DNA from: Candidatus Heimdallarchaeota archaeon | GTDB lineage: Archaea; Asgardarchaeota; Heimdallarchaeia; Heimdallarchaeales; Heimdallarchaeaceae | Reading direction: 5' to 3' | Assembly: GCA_016839945.1 (NCBI GenBank) | Contig: JAEOTE010000119.1 | Location: 1-15,241 of the forward strand | Length of the DNA: 15,241 bases | Part shown: positions 7,092 to 15,241 of the stretch, one piece after another | How positions within the stretch are numbered: the first letter of the stretch is position 1 | Layout: each line of letters opens with the position of its first letter | Made by a program: the position numbers and the translations under genes | Notes under the pieces: model-generated | Told to the model about the DNA's origin: nothing | What the model saw: the letters and a program-made list of their open reading frames with translations, nothing else | The model's database searches: none

Positions 7092-7904
7092 ATGTTTAAA
7101 GACACAAAGAAACAACTATCTAACATGAAGTATATGCTTGCACCTATGGAAAAAGTAACCGATTCCAGTTTTAGGCATATTTGTCATAAATATGGTGCAG
7201 ATCTTACTTTTACAGAACAAATTAGATTTGAAACATTGATCAAGAAAACTAAATCTGCCTTAGATAGAATTAAGCTTCATGATGATACTCCTACAATGAT
7301 CCAAATTATGGGGAAAGATGAAGAAAAGTTAGATGTATTCTTGAGAGATTTTACTCCTGAAAGAGGTTTTCAAGGCTTTAACTTAAATCTTGGTTGTCCT
7401 TCTCAAACATACGTTAAACAGGGTATTGGAAGTGCAATGATTAAAAGACCAACAAAAATCAAGCGAATGGTTGATATGATCAAGAATCATGGTTATAATG
7501 TTAATATTAAGCTACGTCTTGGAGTAAATAAAACTGAGAAAAGAGAAAAAGTATATCTCAAACTAATAGAAAAAGTTGATGCTGATTTTTTTGTGGTACA
7601 TGCCAGACATAGATCCGAGTCTTATGAAAGGAAAGCAGATTGGAGTGTTTTTCCTGAATGTGTTAACACAGGAAAAGCTATTGTTGCTAATGGTGATATT
7701 CAAACCAAGAAAGATGTAGAAAAAATGAAAGAAATCGGTTGTATCGGAGTTATGATTGGTAGAGCTGCAATGAGTAATCCTTTGATATTTGGACAATTAA
7801 AAGATATGATATTACCTCCTTTGGAATCTGTTAAAAGAGAGTATATTGAATTGTGTGAGAAGCAAGAATCTAATTATTTTGAGAATGTGTTAAAGTTACT
7901 TTAA
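7092..7904 (+). CDS. dus: tRNA-dihydrouridine synthase
   Basis: LAPM, NLNLGCP (catalytic Cys), KLRLG, VHAR, ANGDI and VMIGRAA, in the canonical order. Confidence 0.93.
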   Translation: MFKDTKKQLSNMKYMLAPMEKVTDSSFRHICHKYGADLTFTEQIRFETLIKKTKSALDRIKLHDDTPTMIQIMGKDEEKLDVFLRDFTPERGFQGFNLNLGCPSQTYVKQGIGSAMIKRPTKIKRMVDMIKNHGYNVNIKLRLGVNKTEKREKVYLKLIEKVDADFFVVHARHRSESYERKADWSVFPECVNTGKAIVANGDIQTKKDVEKMKEIGCIGVMIGRAAMSNPLIFGQLKDMILPPLESVKREYIELCEKQESNYFENVLKLL

Positions 7905-8065
7905 TGATGTTGAAATACAAAATGAAGCAACATTCTGCAGCATAGGTCATGGTTTGAAATTATCAGACCAAGTAAATTGATTTGGATGTTTTGACAACAT
8001 TTATTTATAAGCAATCACATGTAAGATATCTTTACATAGAGAAAAATAGTTTGAATTTCATTTTT

Positions 8066-9133
8066 TCAAACTTTTTCCTCAAAATATACTTGTATTTGTT
8101 TTAGATCAACATTACATGTTTCTCTGATAAAATAAGCACAAAATAGGAAATAATCTTTCACAGTATGGAAAAAAGCAATATCTTCTTCTTTCAGACCTGT
8201 TATTTTAGGATTTTTTATCGCACCATAAAGTCTGATAAGATTAAAAACACATCCTAATATCATAAAGTAATCTAAACCCTTAATTTTTCTTTCAGAGATT
8301 TTTTCATAAATGCTCGCAATTAATGAAACTCGTTTCATTCTATCTTTGAACGTCTGATCTTCATCAAAATAGCTTTCAGTGGTAGCTGTATATGCTATAT
8401 CCGTTCTGAAATCTCTTAATGACAGAGACCCCCAATCTAGAATTTTGAATACTTGATTCTCTTCTACAATTATATTGAAGGAATGAAAATCTCCATGTGT
8501 AAAAACTAGCTCTTCACAAGGATATCTAGTTTTATTCCTTTCTAGCCATTCAACTACTGGTAATAATTCTTTAAGTTCTTCAGGATATCCCTTCAAATAT
8601 ATATTGTGAATTCTTAATTTCTCTTCTATTGATGCATAAGGATTCTTCTGAAGTTCTTCTTTTGGAAATGAAGGAAATAATTGTGGATTAAGATTGTGTA
8701 TCCTGAATAACTCTTTAAGTAATTTCTCTATTAATTGTTCATATTGATCAGGATTCCTTTCTTTAACTTCAACTAATCTTAATCCTTCTACTTTTTCCAT
8801 AACAAAATAAGGCAAATTTCTTGTATTTGGAACTAGCTTCAAAAAATAAGGTTGTGGAACACTAAAACCATTCTCAAAAAGAGTTTTTAGGTTATTATAC
8901 TCAAATTTTGTGTTAATCTCGTAATCTTCAAATTGATCACTTTTATTATTATACGGATCTATCTTCTGGATGAATTTCTTTGAAGGATTATCGAAACACA
9001 ACTCAAATAATATACAAGCAGCCCCTCCACCTACAATCTGATTGTAACTTACTAAAGATGATTCAGCTGGAATTATTCCTAGTTTAACTAACTCTTGTTG
9101 AACTTCAAGTGCATGATTATGCTGTTGTGACAT
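8066..9133 (-). CDS. APH/choline-kinase-like phosphotransferase
   Basis: GGG loop, K, VPQPY, YFVMEKVEG, Brenner motif HGDFHSFNII and DWG. The likely start is ATG 9133 (MSQQH), because the 68-codon upstream extension looks non-coding. Confidence 0.88.
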   Translation of the reverse strand: MSQQHNHALEVQQELVKLGIIPAESSLVSYNQIVGGGAACILFELCFDNPSKKFIQKIDPYNNKSDQFEDYEINTKFEYNNLKTLFENGFSVPQPYFLKLVPNTRNLPYFVMEKVEGLRLVEVKERNPDQYEQLIEKLLKELFRIHNLNPQLFPSFPKEELQKNPYASIEEKLRIHNIYLKGYPEELKELLPVVEWLERNKTRYPCEELVFTHGDFHSFNIIVEENQVFKILDWGSLSLRDFRTDIAYTATTESYFDEDQTFKDRMKRVSLIASIYEKISERKIKGLDYFMILGCVFNLIRLYGAIKNPKITGLKEEDIAFFHTVKDYFLFCAYFIRETCNVDLKQIQVYFEEKV

Positions 9134-9166
9134 GTAAGGAACCGAAGTACAAGAAGAAGCAAGTAA

Positions 9167-9328
9167 TATATTTATTTTTCCGTAAAAATTTACATAACCT
9201 TCCAAGAAGGATATTATTTCCAAGAATTTGAAAATAACTTCCCTAACGAGAAGGATGACATTACAAGAACTATAGAATTTTTGAAAAGGTGGGATGTTAC
9301 AATAAGATATGTAGGAAAAATAAATTAA
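9167..9328 (+). pseudogene. Possible 3' gene relic without a start codon
   Basis: Open frame YIYFSVKIYITFQEGYYFQEFENNFPNEKDDITRTIEFLKRWDVTIRYVGKIN* with protein-like composition. The in-register antisense frame is also open. Confidence 0.35.
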
Positions 9329-9404
9329 AAATAGCATAATTTATAGTAAAATGTATATAGATTTATGTAAATTATTATGTTGATTGAAAAAATATGTGAA
9401 ATAG

Positions 9405-10595
9405 ATGAAGTCAATTTGGAGAAACATCATTATAGCATCTTCTTTTATGATAATATGTTGTGTACTAATGTTCCTTCCTGTTTTCTTTGGACCTTCTTTT
9501 CGTCACACAAAAGTTACTAACACTATTTTGATTGATTCAGATGATGATTTTATAAAGAATAAATTCCCTGGGAGTGGAACAGATAATGATCCTTATATTA
9601 TAGAAAATCATACTTTTGGAGTTAATGAAACCTTTGTTAGAGATGTATATGTTGGATTAGAAATAAAAAACACAAACAAACATTTTGTTGTAAGAAATTG
9701 CACTTTTTTTGGAGGTCTTGTATCTCTTAAAATCTCAAATATAGCAAAAGGTACAGCTCTAATATGTAATAATAAATTCTATAGCTTGGTTCAAGCTGAA
9801 TGGGATAATTTGCGAGGTGATTCGGGAATAAATATAAAAAATTCATCTCATGTCATAATAAGAGATAATTTCTTCAATTGCATTGATAGGTTCTATAATG
9901 ATAAATATTACATAGGTTATGGAGGTATAGTTTATGTGACTGAATCAGATAACCTAGTAATAGAAGGAAATAGTTTTCGTGAACATTATCTGAAAATAAT
10001 TAATTCCAATAATAGTTCTTTATGCTTTAATCAGATAGAAATTTTTGATGTACCTGGACCATATTTTGAAGACTCACCTTATTCTAAGATTTCTGACAAT
10101 AAAATTATATTTCATTATTCCTATTCTACGTTTATTATAGAAAAATCTTCTTACTCATTTATTGAGAATAATATCGTTGAATTAGAAGATAGTGGTAATG
10201 GGATATTAGTTTTGGAAAGTAATCATCTCTCGATTACTAATAACTCAATTATAAGAGATGTATTTGATCCAGAAAAATCAGGTGTTGGTATTCTCTTATC
10301 AGAGAGTAGCTATAATTTAATTCATCTTAATGTTATTAGATATTTCTTAACATACGGTATATCTCTTAGAATAAACTCCAACAACAACATAATATTTCAC
10401 AACTCACTTTACAACAACACATTAAGCACATTTCAATCACAAGGAAATGATGAAAGTTATGGAAACATCTGGTATAATTTTCATATTAATGAAGGGAATT
10501 ATTGGAATGATTTAGGAAGTAATTCAACATATGTCATAGCAGGTACTGCAGGTTCTGTTGATTTGTTCCCATTATCAGAACCTATAACTGTTTAA
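9405..10595 (+). CDS. Membrane-anchored right-handed parallel beta-helix (NosD/CASH-like) protein
   Basis: N-terminal hydrophobic helix, IDSDDDF..FPGSGTDNDPYIIEN, repeated I.I.NN.I rungs and C-terminal GNYWND..DLFPL. Confidence 0.88.
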   Translation: MKSIWRNIIIASSFMIICCVLMFLPVFFGPSFRHTKVTNTILIDSDDDFIKNKFPGSGTDNDPYIIENHTFGVNETFVRDVYVGLEIKNTNKHFVVRNCTFFGGLVSLKISNIAKGTALICNNKFYSLVQAEWDNLRGDSGINIKNSSHVIIRDNFFNCIDRFYNDKYYIGYGGIVYVTESDNLVIEGNSFREHYLKIINSNNSSLCFNQIEIFDVPGPYFEDSPYSKISDNKIIFHYSYSTFIIEKSSYSFIENNIVELEDSGNGILVLESNHLSITNNSIIRDVFDPEKSGVGILLSESSYNLIHLNVIRYFLTYGISLRINSNNNIIFHNSLYNNTLSTFQSQGNDESYGNIWYNFHINEGNYWNDLGSNSTYVIAGTAGSVDLFPLSEPITV

Positions 10596-10661
10596 ATTTA
10601 GGAGTTAAAAAAGCAATTTACGAGAAAGATATAAGTTTCTATATACATATGATATTGAGAG

Positions 10662-11714
10662 ATGTTCAGTAAATTCTTAAGTAAATCTAGAGTTAGACTC
10701 TTTCTAATAATTATAGTAAGCTTAATTATAATTAGTTTCATTTTCGTGATTCTTTGGTTCAACATAGGATATGGTTATAGATTTTTTGGAGTTAGGATAG
10801 ATGTTATAAGCATTAAAAACAATGAGGATTTCTCATATTATGGATTTGAAGGCGAGGGTTCTAAACAGAATCCTTTCATAATTGAAGATTTGAAAATTGG
10901 GACAGCAAAAAAAAGGCTTTTCAAGAGTTATACTTTACTTTCAATTGAAGGAATTTCTACTCATTTAATTATAAGAAACTGTACTTTTCTTGGAGGGTTT
11001 AACCAAATTCATATATACCAATTTCAAGGGAATTTAACTGTTTACAACAATACATTTCTTGGAGCAGAGCATTATTCGTCAAGCTATGGTGAACATAGTA
11101 GAGGTATAGTTTTACGATATTCAGAAAATATAACAATTAGTAACAATTATTTTGATGAAAAATTACATACATCTCTTGCAATTCATGGATCTAAGAATAT
11201 AGAAGTTTTCAATAACGATGTAAGGGAGTTTATAATCTTAACATCCAGTACTCTTATACTATTTCAGAACAACAGAATACAAGGAGATATTTGGTTTGAG
11301 TTTGGTTTTAACACTTCATTTCATTGCAATGTTTTTTTTAATTCAACTCTTTACTTTGATTATATGCGATTTTTCTTCATGAAAAACAATTCTTTTCTTA
11401 ATGGCTTGTACGGACTTGAAATAAGAGATTTAGTAAATGGAACCATATGTAATAATTCCTTTACTAACATAGAAGGTTATGCTATAAATTTGAGCTATGA
11501 AACTACTAATGTTTCTATTTATTATAACAATTTTATAGATAATAATATTGATTCATTTTCTCAATGTAGAGATGATTGGGAAGATAATGTTTGGTATAAT
11601 TTAGAGACTTCACTTGGTAACTTTTGGTCTGATCTTGGTTTTTCAAGTACTTACACAATTGCTGGTTCTGCAGATTCTGTTGATTTATATCCCTTAACTA
11701 GTCCTATCATATAA
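10662..11714 (+). CDS. Membrane-anchored parallel beta-helix (NosD/CASH-like) protein, paralog of the upstream gene
   Basis: N-terminal TM helix, IKNNEDF..FEGEGSKQNPFIIED, RNCTFLGG and C-terminal GNFWSDLG..TYTIAGSADSVDLYPL. GAAAGATATAAG about 32 nt upstream. Confidence 0.88.
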   Translation: MFSKFLSKSRVRLFLIIIVSLIIISFIFVILWFNIGYGYRFFGVRIDVISIKNNEDFSYYGFEGEGSKQNPFIIEDLKIGTAKKRLFKSYTLLSIEGISTHLIIRNCTFLGGFNQIHIYQFQGNLTVYNNTFLGAEHYSSSYGEHSRGIVLRYSENITISNNYFDEKLHTSLAIHGSKNIEVFNNDVREFIILTSSTLILFQNNRIQGDIWFEFGFNTSFHCNVFFNSTLYFDYMRFFFMKNNSFLNGLYGLEIRDLVNGTICNNSFTNIEGYAINLSYETTNVSIYYNNFIDNNIDSFSQCRDDWEDNVWYNLETSLGNFWSDLGFSSTYTIAGSADSVDLYPLTSPII

Positions 11715-11778
11715 GGAAACTTTAAAATTTGTTTTTTAATTATCATCTAGGAATAAAGAATTAAGTTATGGTTTAAGA

Positions 11779-14700
11779 ATGAAAAATAGTTGCAACAAAA
11801 AGAAGAGTCTGTGTGTTATAATATTAATTATTACACTTATTGTTACTCCGTTTTTCAGAAGCAAAGTAAATCATTCTATAGCAACAACTCAACAAAATCC
11901 ATTTTTAGAGACTCAACAATCAGATTACTCTTTAGAACTTGAATGGGAGATTTCAACACTCTATGTTGGTTCATATATTTGTATTGCTGATGTTGATAGA
12001 GATGGAGAACAAGATATATGTGCTGGGAGAAATTGTTTTAACTCAAATGGTTCATTAAAATGGGTTACTGATGTTATTTATGGAACATTGACAATTAATT
12101 CAGTTTCTGCAGTAGACCTTGATGGAGATGGATATGTAGAGATATTAATATCTCGAACAGGTTCAATTATTTGTCTTAACTTTGATGGAACATTGAAATG
12201 GGAATATAGAAACACATTATCACCAAATTATTATTACCCTTCTTTATGTTTTGGGGATTTAGATAAAGACAATCTTACTGAGATTTTATTTCACATGGAA
12301 GGAAGAGTAGTTTGTCTTGATCATGATGGTTCAGTAAGATGGTTTTCCAGTCTGTTTGGAATAGATCATGGACAAGTTGCAATATCTGACTTAGATGATG
12401 ATAGTGAACTAGAAGTAATTGCTTGCATTGGTTCAAGATTAGTATGTCTTAATAAAGAAGGTGGAGTGAACTGGCAACAAGATTTTGAAACCAATGTAGA
12501 ATTCCATGGAATTGCAGCGCTAGATAACAATCATACAACTCAAGAGATAGTTGTCAGGCATAATAATTACTTCTATTGTTTTGATTATAATGGAGAGATT
12601 ATATGGTCTTCTTATTATTTTGGATGGGGTTTTTATTATACTTGCATAGTAGATTTAGACAATAATGGTTTTTATGAAATTGTTACTAAAAGCAGGGACA
12701 CAATATCTTGTTTCAGTAGCACTGGAGTTCTTTTGTGGGAATATCATTGTACAAGAGACATGAGAGGAATGCATACTATTTCAGATTTAGATAACGATGG
12801 TTTGTTGGAAATTCTATTCTATGTTTGGGATAGAGGAATCTACTGTTTAAACCATAATGGAATTGTTGAATGGAATCTTTCTATTACAGAGAATCCTACT
12901 GGACCAATTTATATAGCTGATATTGATAACGACAATCTAGTTGAAATATTATACTCCGGTTCACAAATTACTCTATATTGTTACGGAATAGAAGGAGTAA
13001 CTAAATCAGGACAAAACAGTTGGTTTAGCCGTCTAGGATCGCTAACCAATACCAAATGCTGTGATAGTGATGGTGATTATATTGATGATACCAACGAAAG
13101 ATATTATCAAACTAATCGAACAAAACAGGATACAGATTCTGACGGAATGAGAGATGGATGGGAAGTATATTTCTATCACACAAATCCATTGTTAAATGAT
13201 ACTGATTCAGATTTAATGCTAGATGGATGGGAAATATTACACGATACAAATCCTTTCGTTAATGATACTACGTCTGATCCAGATTCGGATGGTTTAACAA
13301 ATATTGAAGAATATCATTATTTAACACACCCTCAATCTAATGACACTGATTCAGACATGTTAAGTGATTATGACGAAATATTTTTGTTTCATACCGATGC
13401 AACAGATGCTGATACTGACAATGACATGTTATTAGATGGAGAAGAAATATTGTTTTATGGAACAAATGCAACAGATGCTGATACTGACAAAGATATAATG
13501 CCAGATGGTTGGGAGGTACTTTATGAACTTGATCCTCTTTTCGACGATTCCCTATTTGATGAAGAACCTGATGGTCTAAACAATAGTGAGGAATTTCTTT
13601 ATTCCGTTAATCCAAGAAATAATGACACTGATAATGACCTTCTTTTAGATGGAGAAGAAGTTTATACTTATTTAACGAATCCCGCTTTGAACGACACAGA
13701 TTTTGATAATCTCATCGATGGTGATGAAGTTTACTTATATGGTACATCACCACTAATAGCTGATTCAGACTTAGATGGAATGCCAGATGGATGGGAGACA
13801 TCTTATAATCTTGATCCATTATCTAACGATTCTTTTGAAGATCCTGATAATGATTTACTAACTAATTTAGATGAGTATAATTTAGATACAAATCCAAGAA
13901 ATAGTGATACTGACGGAGACCAAATGCCAGATGGATGGGAAGTTCTTTACAGCTTAAATCCTCTTGTATATGATGCATATGGTGATTTTGATTTAGATTA
14001 TTTGTATAACATAGATGAATATGTTCATGGAACACATCCGAGAAACAGTGATACTGATGGAGACCAAATGCCAGATGGATGGGAAGTGAGAAATGACTTA
14101 AATCCTCTAATTGATGACGCTAATCTAGACAAGGACGCTGATAGTTTAACGAATTATCTAGAATATAAATATGGAACAGATCCAAATAATCCAGACTCAG
14201 ACGATGATGAATTATTAGATGGCATAGAGGTTTTTACAACAGAAACAAATCCAAATAATCCAGACTCAGATGAAGATCAGATGCCGGATGGATGGGAGTA
14301 TCAAAATAACCTAAATCCAAACGAACAAGACTCTTTTGAGGATCCAGATCATGATTTATTCAAAAATCTAAAAGAATATAAGTTAGGAAAAAATCCTCGA
14401 AAATTTGATAATTGGGTACTCTTGTATGCTGGTTATCTTCTTATAGTCTACATATTATTTATAGGAGCAAGTATCTGGGTTTCAATCAAAATAAAGAAAT
14501 TTATTCTTACTAGAAGAAATGGCTTCCTTAATTATAAAGACCTTATATTGGCTAAAGACCTAGGTTTTGTTTCAGCTGATGAATATTATCTAGCTCGACA
14601 ATTGGGATTTGATTCCAAAGTTCAACTAGATTCAGCGTTTAAAGCTGGTTTTTATACAGAAGATGATTGGATAGCAGCATTACAAACTGGTTTTGAAACT

Positions 14701-15045
14701 GCCGATATAAAGACTCAAATTGAAAAAATAGGTTTTACTGATTACCATGTTTACAAGGAAACATTGGAGATATGTCTAAGGAGATTCAGAGATAGATTAA
14801 ATAAACTAGTATCGATATTTGTAGATACAGAAAACATAGGAGAAATAAAAACTAGTAATAGGAAAAAGATTCAGAAGAAAGTCAATAGCTTATTGAAAGA
14901 TATTCTGCTTTTAAGAGAGGAACTTGAATTTTATTCTCAAGCAACAACTAGTAATTCTGAACTCAATAAGGTTCATAGATCTGAGCTTCAAAGAAGTAAA
15001 GAGTTGATTATTATAGCAAAAGATTTGCTTGAAAAACTAGATTAA
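11779..15045 (+). CDS. Single-pass cell-surface protein: FG-GAP/VCBS-like propeller, thrombospondin type-3-like Ca-binding stalk, TM helix, cytoplasmic repeat/coiled-coil domain
   Basis: Signal peptide; 8 D-L-D-x-D-G-x-x-E-I-like motifs; 19 DxDxDxxxD/NxxE repeats; TM WVLLYAGYLLIVYILFIGASIWVSI (14413-14487) followed by KIKK; about 185 C-terminal residues. Confidence 0.9.
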   Translation: MKNSCNKKKSLCVIILIITLIVTPFFRSKVNHSIATTQQNPFLETQQSDYSLELEWEISTLYVGSYICIADVDRDGEQDICAGRNCFNSNGSLKWVTDVIYGTLTINSVSAVDLDGDGYVEILISRTGSIICLNFDGTLKWEYRNTLSPNYYYPSLCFGDLDKDNLTEILFHMEGRVVCLDHDGSVRWFSSLFGIDHGQVAISDLDDDSELEVIACIGSRLVCLNKEGGVNWQQDFETNVEFHGIAALDNNHTTQEIVVRHNNYFYCFDYNGEIIWSSYYFGWGFYYTCIVDLDNNGFYEIVTKSRDTISCFSSTGVLLWEYHCTRDMRGMHTISDLDNDGLLEILFYVWDRGIYCLNHNGIVEWNLSITENPTGPIYIADIDNDNLVEILYSGSQITLYCYGIEGVTKSGQNSWFSRLGSLTNTKCCDSDGDYIDDTNERYYQTNRTKQDTDSDGMRDGWEVYFYHTNPLLNDTDSDLMLDGWEILHDTNPFVNDTTSDPDSDGLTNIEEYHYLTHPQSNDTDSDMLSDYDEIFLFHTDATDADTDNDMLLDGEEILFYGTNATDADTDKDIMPDGWEVLYELDPLFDDSLFDEEPDGLNNSEEFLYSVNPRNNDTDNDLLLDGEEVYTYLTNPALNDTDFDNLIDGDEVYLYGTSPLIADSDLDGMPDGWETSYNLDPLSNDSFEDPDNDLLTNLDEYNLDTNPRNSDTDGDQMPDGWEVLYSLNPLVYDAYGDFDLDYLYNIDEYVHGTHPRNSDTDGDQMPDGWEVRNDLNPLIDDANLDKDADSLTNYLEYKYGTDPNNPDSDDDELLDGIEVFTTETNPNNPDSDEDQMPDGWEYQNNLNPNEQDSFEDPDHDLFKNLKEYKLGKNPRKFDNWVLLYAGYLLIVYILFIGASIWVSIKIKKFILTRRNGFLNYKDLILAKDLGFVSADEYYLARQLGFDSKVQLDSAFKAGFYTEDDWIAALQTGFETADIKTQIEKIGFTDYHVYKETLEICLRRFRDRLNKLVSIFVDTENIGEIKTSNRKKIQKKVNSLLKDILLLREELEFYSQATTSNSELNKVHRSELQRSKELIIIAKDLLEKLD
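13063..14410 (+). repeat. Intragenic array of 19 TSP3-like repeats (about 22-26 aa each)
   Basis: Examples: DTDSDGMRDGWE, DPDSDGLTNIEE, DTDGDQMPDGWE (twice). Nucleotide-level duplicates at 13397-13421/13466-13490, 13891-13943/14035-14087 and 14180-14201/14249-14270. Confidence 0.9.
14521..14772 (+). repeat. Six tandem 14-aa GF repeats
   Basis: Gly-Phe codons start at 14521, 14563, 14605, 14647, 14689 and 14731, an exact 42-nt period. Confidence 0.88.
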
Positions 15046-15117
15046 GATAAAGTTTTTTGGATCAGTATTGAACTAGTTACGTAAAATTATTAAAGACATA
15101 ACTTCTGATACTCATGT

Positions 15118-15241
15118 ATGGTCACTATAAAATGCAGTGGGCAAAAGTTCCAAGATATCGAATTAATAGGTTTTGATAAAGATGGAACACTTTTGGATTT
15201 TGACATGTATGTTCCTGTAATGCAAAAAAGAGCTGAAGTTC
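15118..15241 (+). CDS. HAD-superfamily hydrolase, 5' part only
   Basis: My translation: MVTIKCSGQKFQDIELIGFDKDGTLLDFDMYVPVMQKRAEV, containing HAD motif I FDKDGTL. GTAAAATTATTAAA at 15081-15094. Confidence 0.88.
   Translation, partial: MVTIKCSGQKFQDIELIGFDKDGTLLDFDMYVPVMQKRAEV

Noticed and set aside
5295-7796. ORFs 5295..5504, 5863..6117, 6479..6772 and 7563..7796
   Set aside because: All are nested within well-supported genes and are shadow ORFs.
7905-8065. Possible ncRNA or small ORF between dus and the kinase (imperfect stems TGGTTTGA/TCAGACCA and ATGTAAGATATCTTTACAT)
   Set aside because: The stems are short and AT-rich, ATG-initiated ORFs are under 20 codons, and I recognise no RNA family motif.
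8066-9133. Aminoglycoside resistance gene
   Set aside because: The motifs define only the broad APH/choline kinase superfamily, so the substrate cannot be inferred.
9134-9337. N-terminal 68-aa extension of the phosphotransferase
   Set aside because: Non-ATG start and non-coding-like composition. An AT-rich TATA-like element lies upstream of ATG 9133 instead.
13063-14410. CRISPR array or DGR template/variable repeat pair
   Set aside because: The repeats are in-frame coding units without unique spacers. Mismatches are mostly synonymous and not adenine-specific, and there is no cas or reverse transcriptase gene in the window.
11779-15045. True integrin alpha ortholog
   Set aside because: It has eight blade motifs rather than seven, no Ig-like thigh/calf domains and no GFFKR motif. 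The resemblance is only architectural.

Overview
An AT-rich (roughly 30% GC by eye), gene-dense prokaryotic window. TATA-like boxes about 30 nt before many start codons and oligo-T terminators point to an archaeon. The surface-protein repeat families are ones I associate with Asgard archaea (Heimdallarchaeia-like), but that assignment is an inference. In order, the window holds: a truncated secreted repeat protein (minus strand, missing from the ORF track); an SD-led operon of three NTF2-like (Lumazine_bd_2-type) genes ending in a hairpin plus T-tract; a 602-aa helical protein of unknown function; a fourth NTF2-like gene (five NTF2 domains in total); a DegT/DnrJ/EryC1/StrS-type PLP enzyme; a SAM methyltransferase; an unannotated 43-aa membrane microprotein divergent from a tRNA-dihydrouridine synthase; an APH-family phosphotransferase; a probable gene relic; two tandem membrane-anchored beta-helix paralogs; a 1088-aa receptor-like surface protein; and the start of a HAD hydrolase. 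The best leads are (1) the NTF2 array bracketing the unknown 602-aa protein next to small-molecule tailoring enzymes, and (2) the single-pass surface protein with a Ca-binding propeller, a TSP3-like stalk and six cytoplasmic 14-residue GF repeats. I saw no rRNA, tRNA, CRISPR array, transposase or reverse transcriptase.
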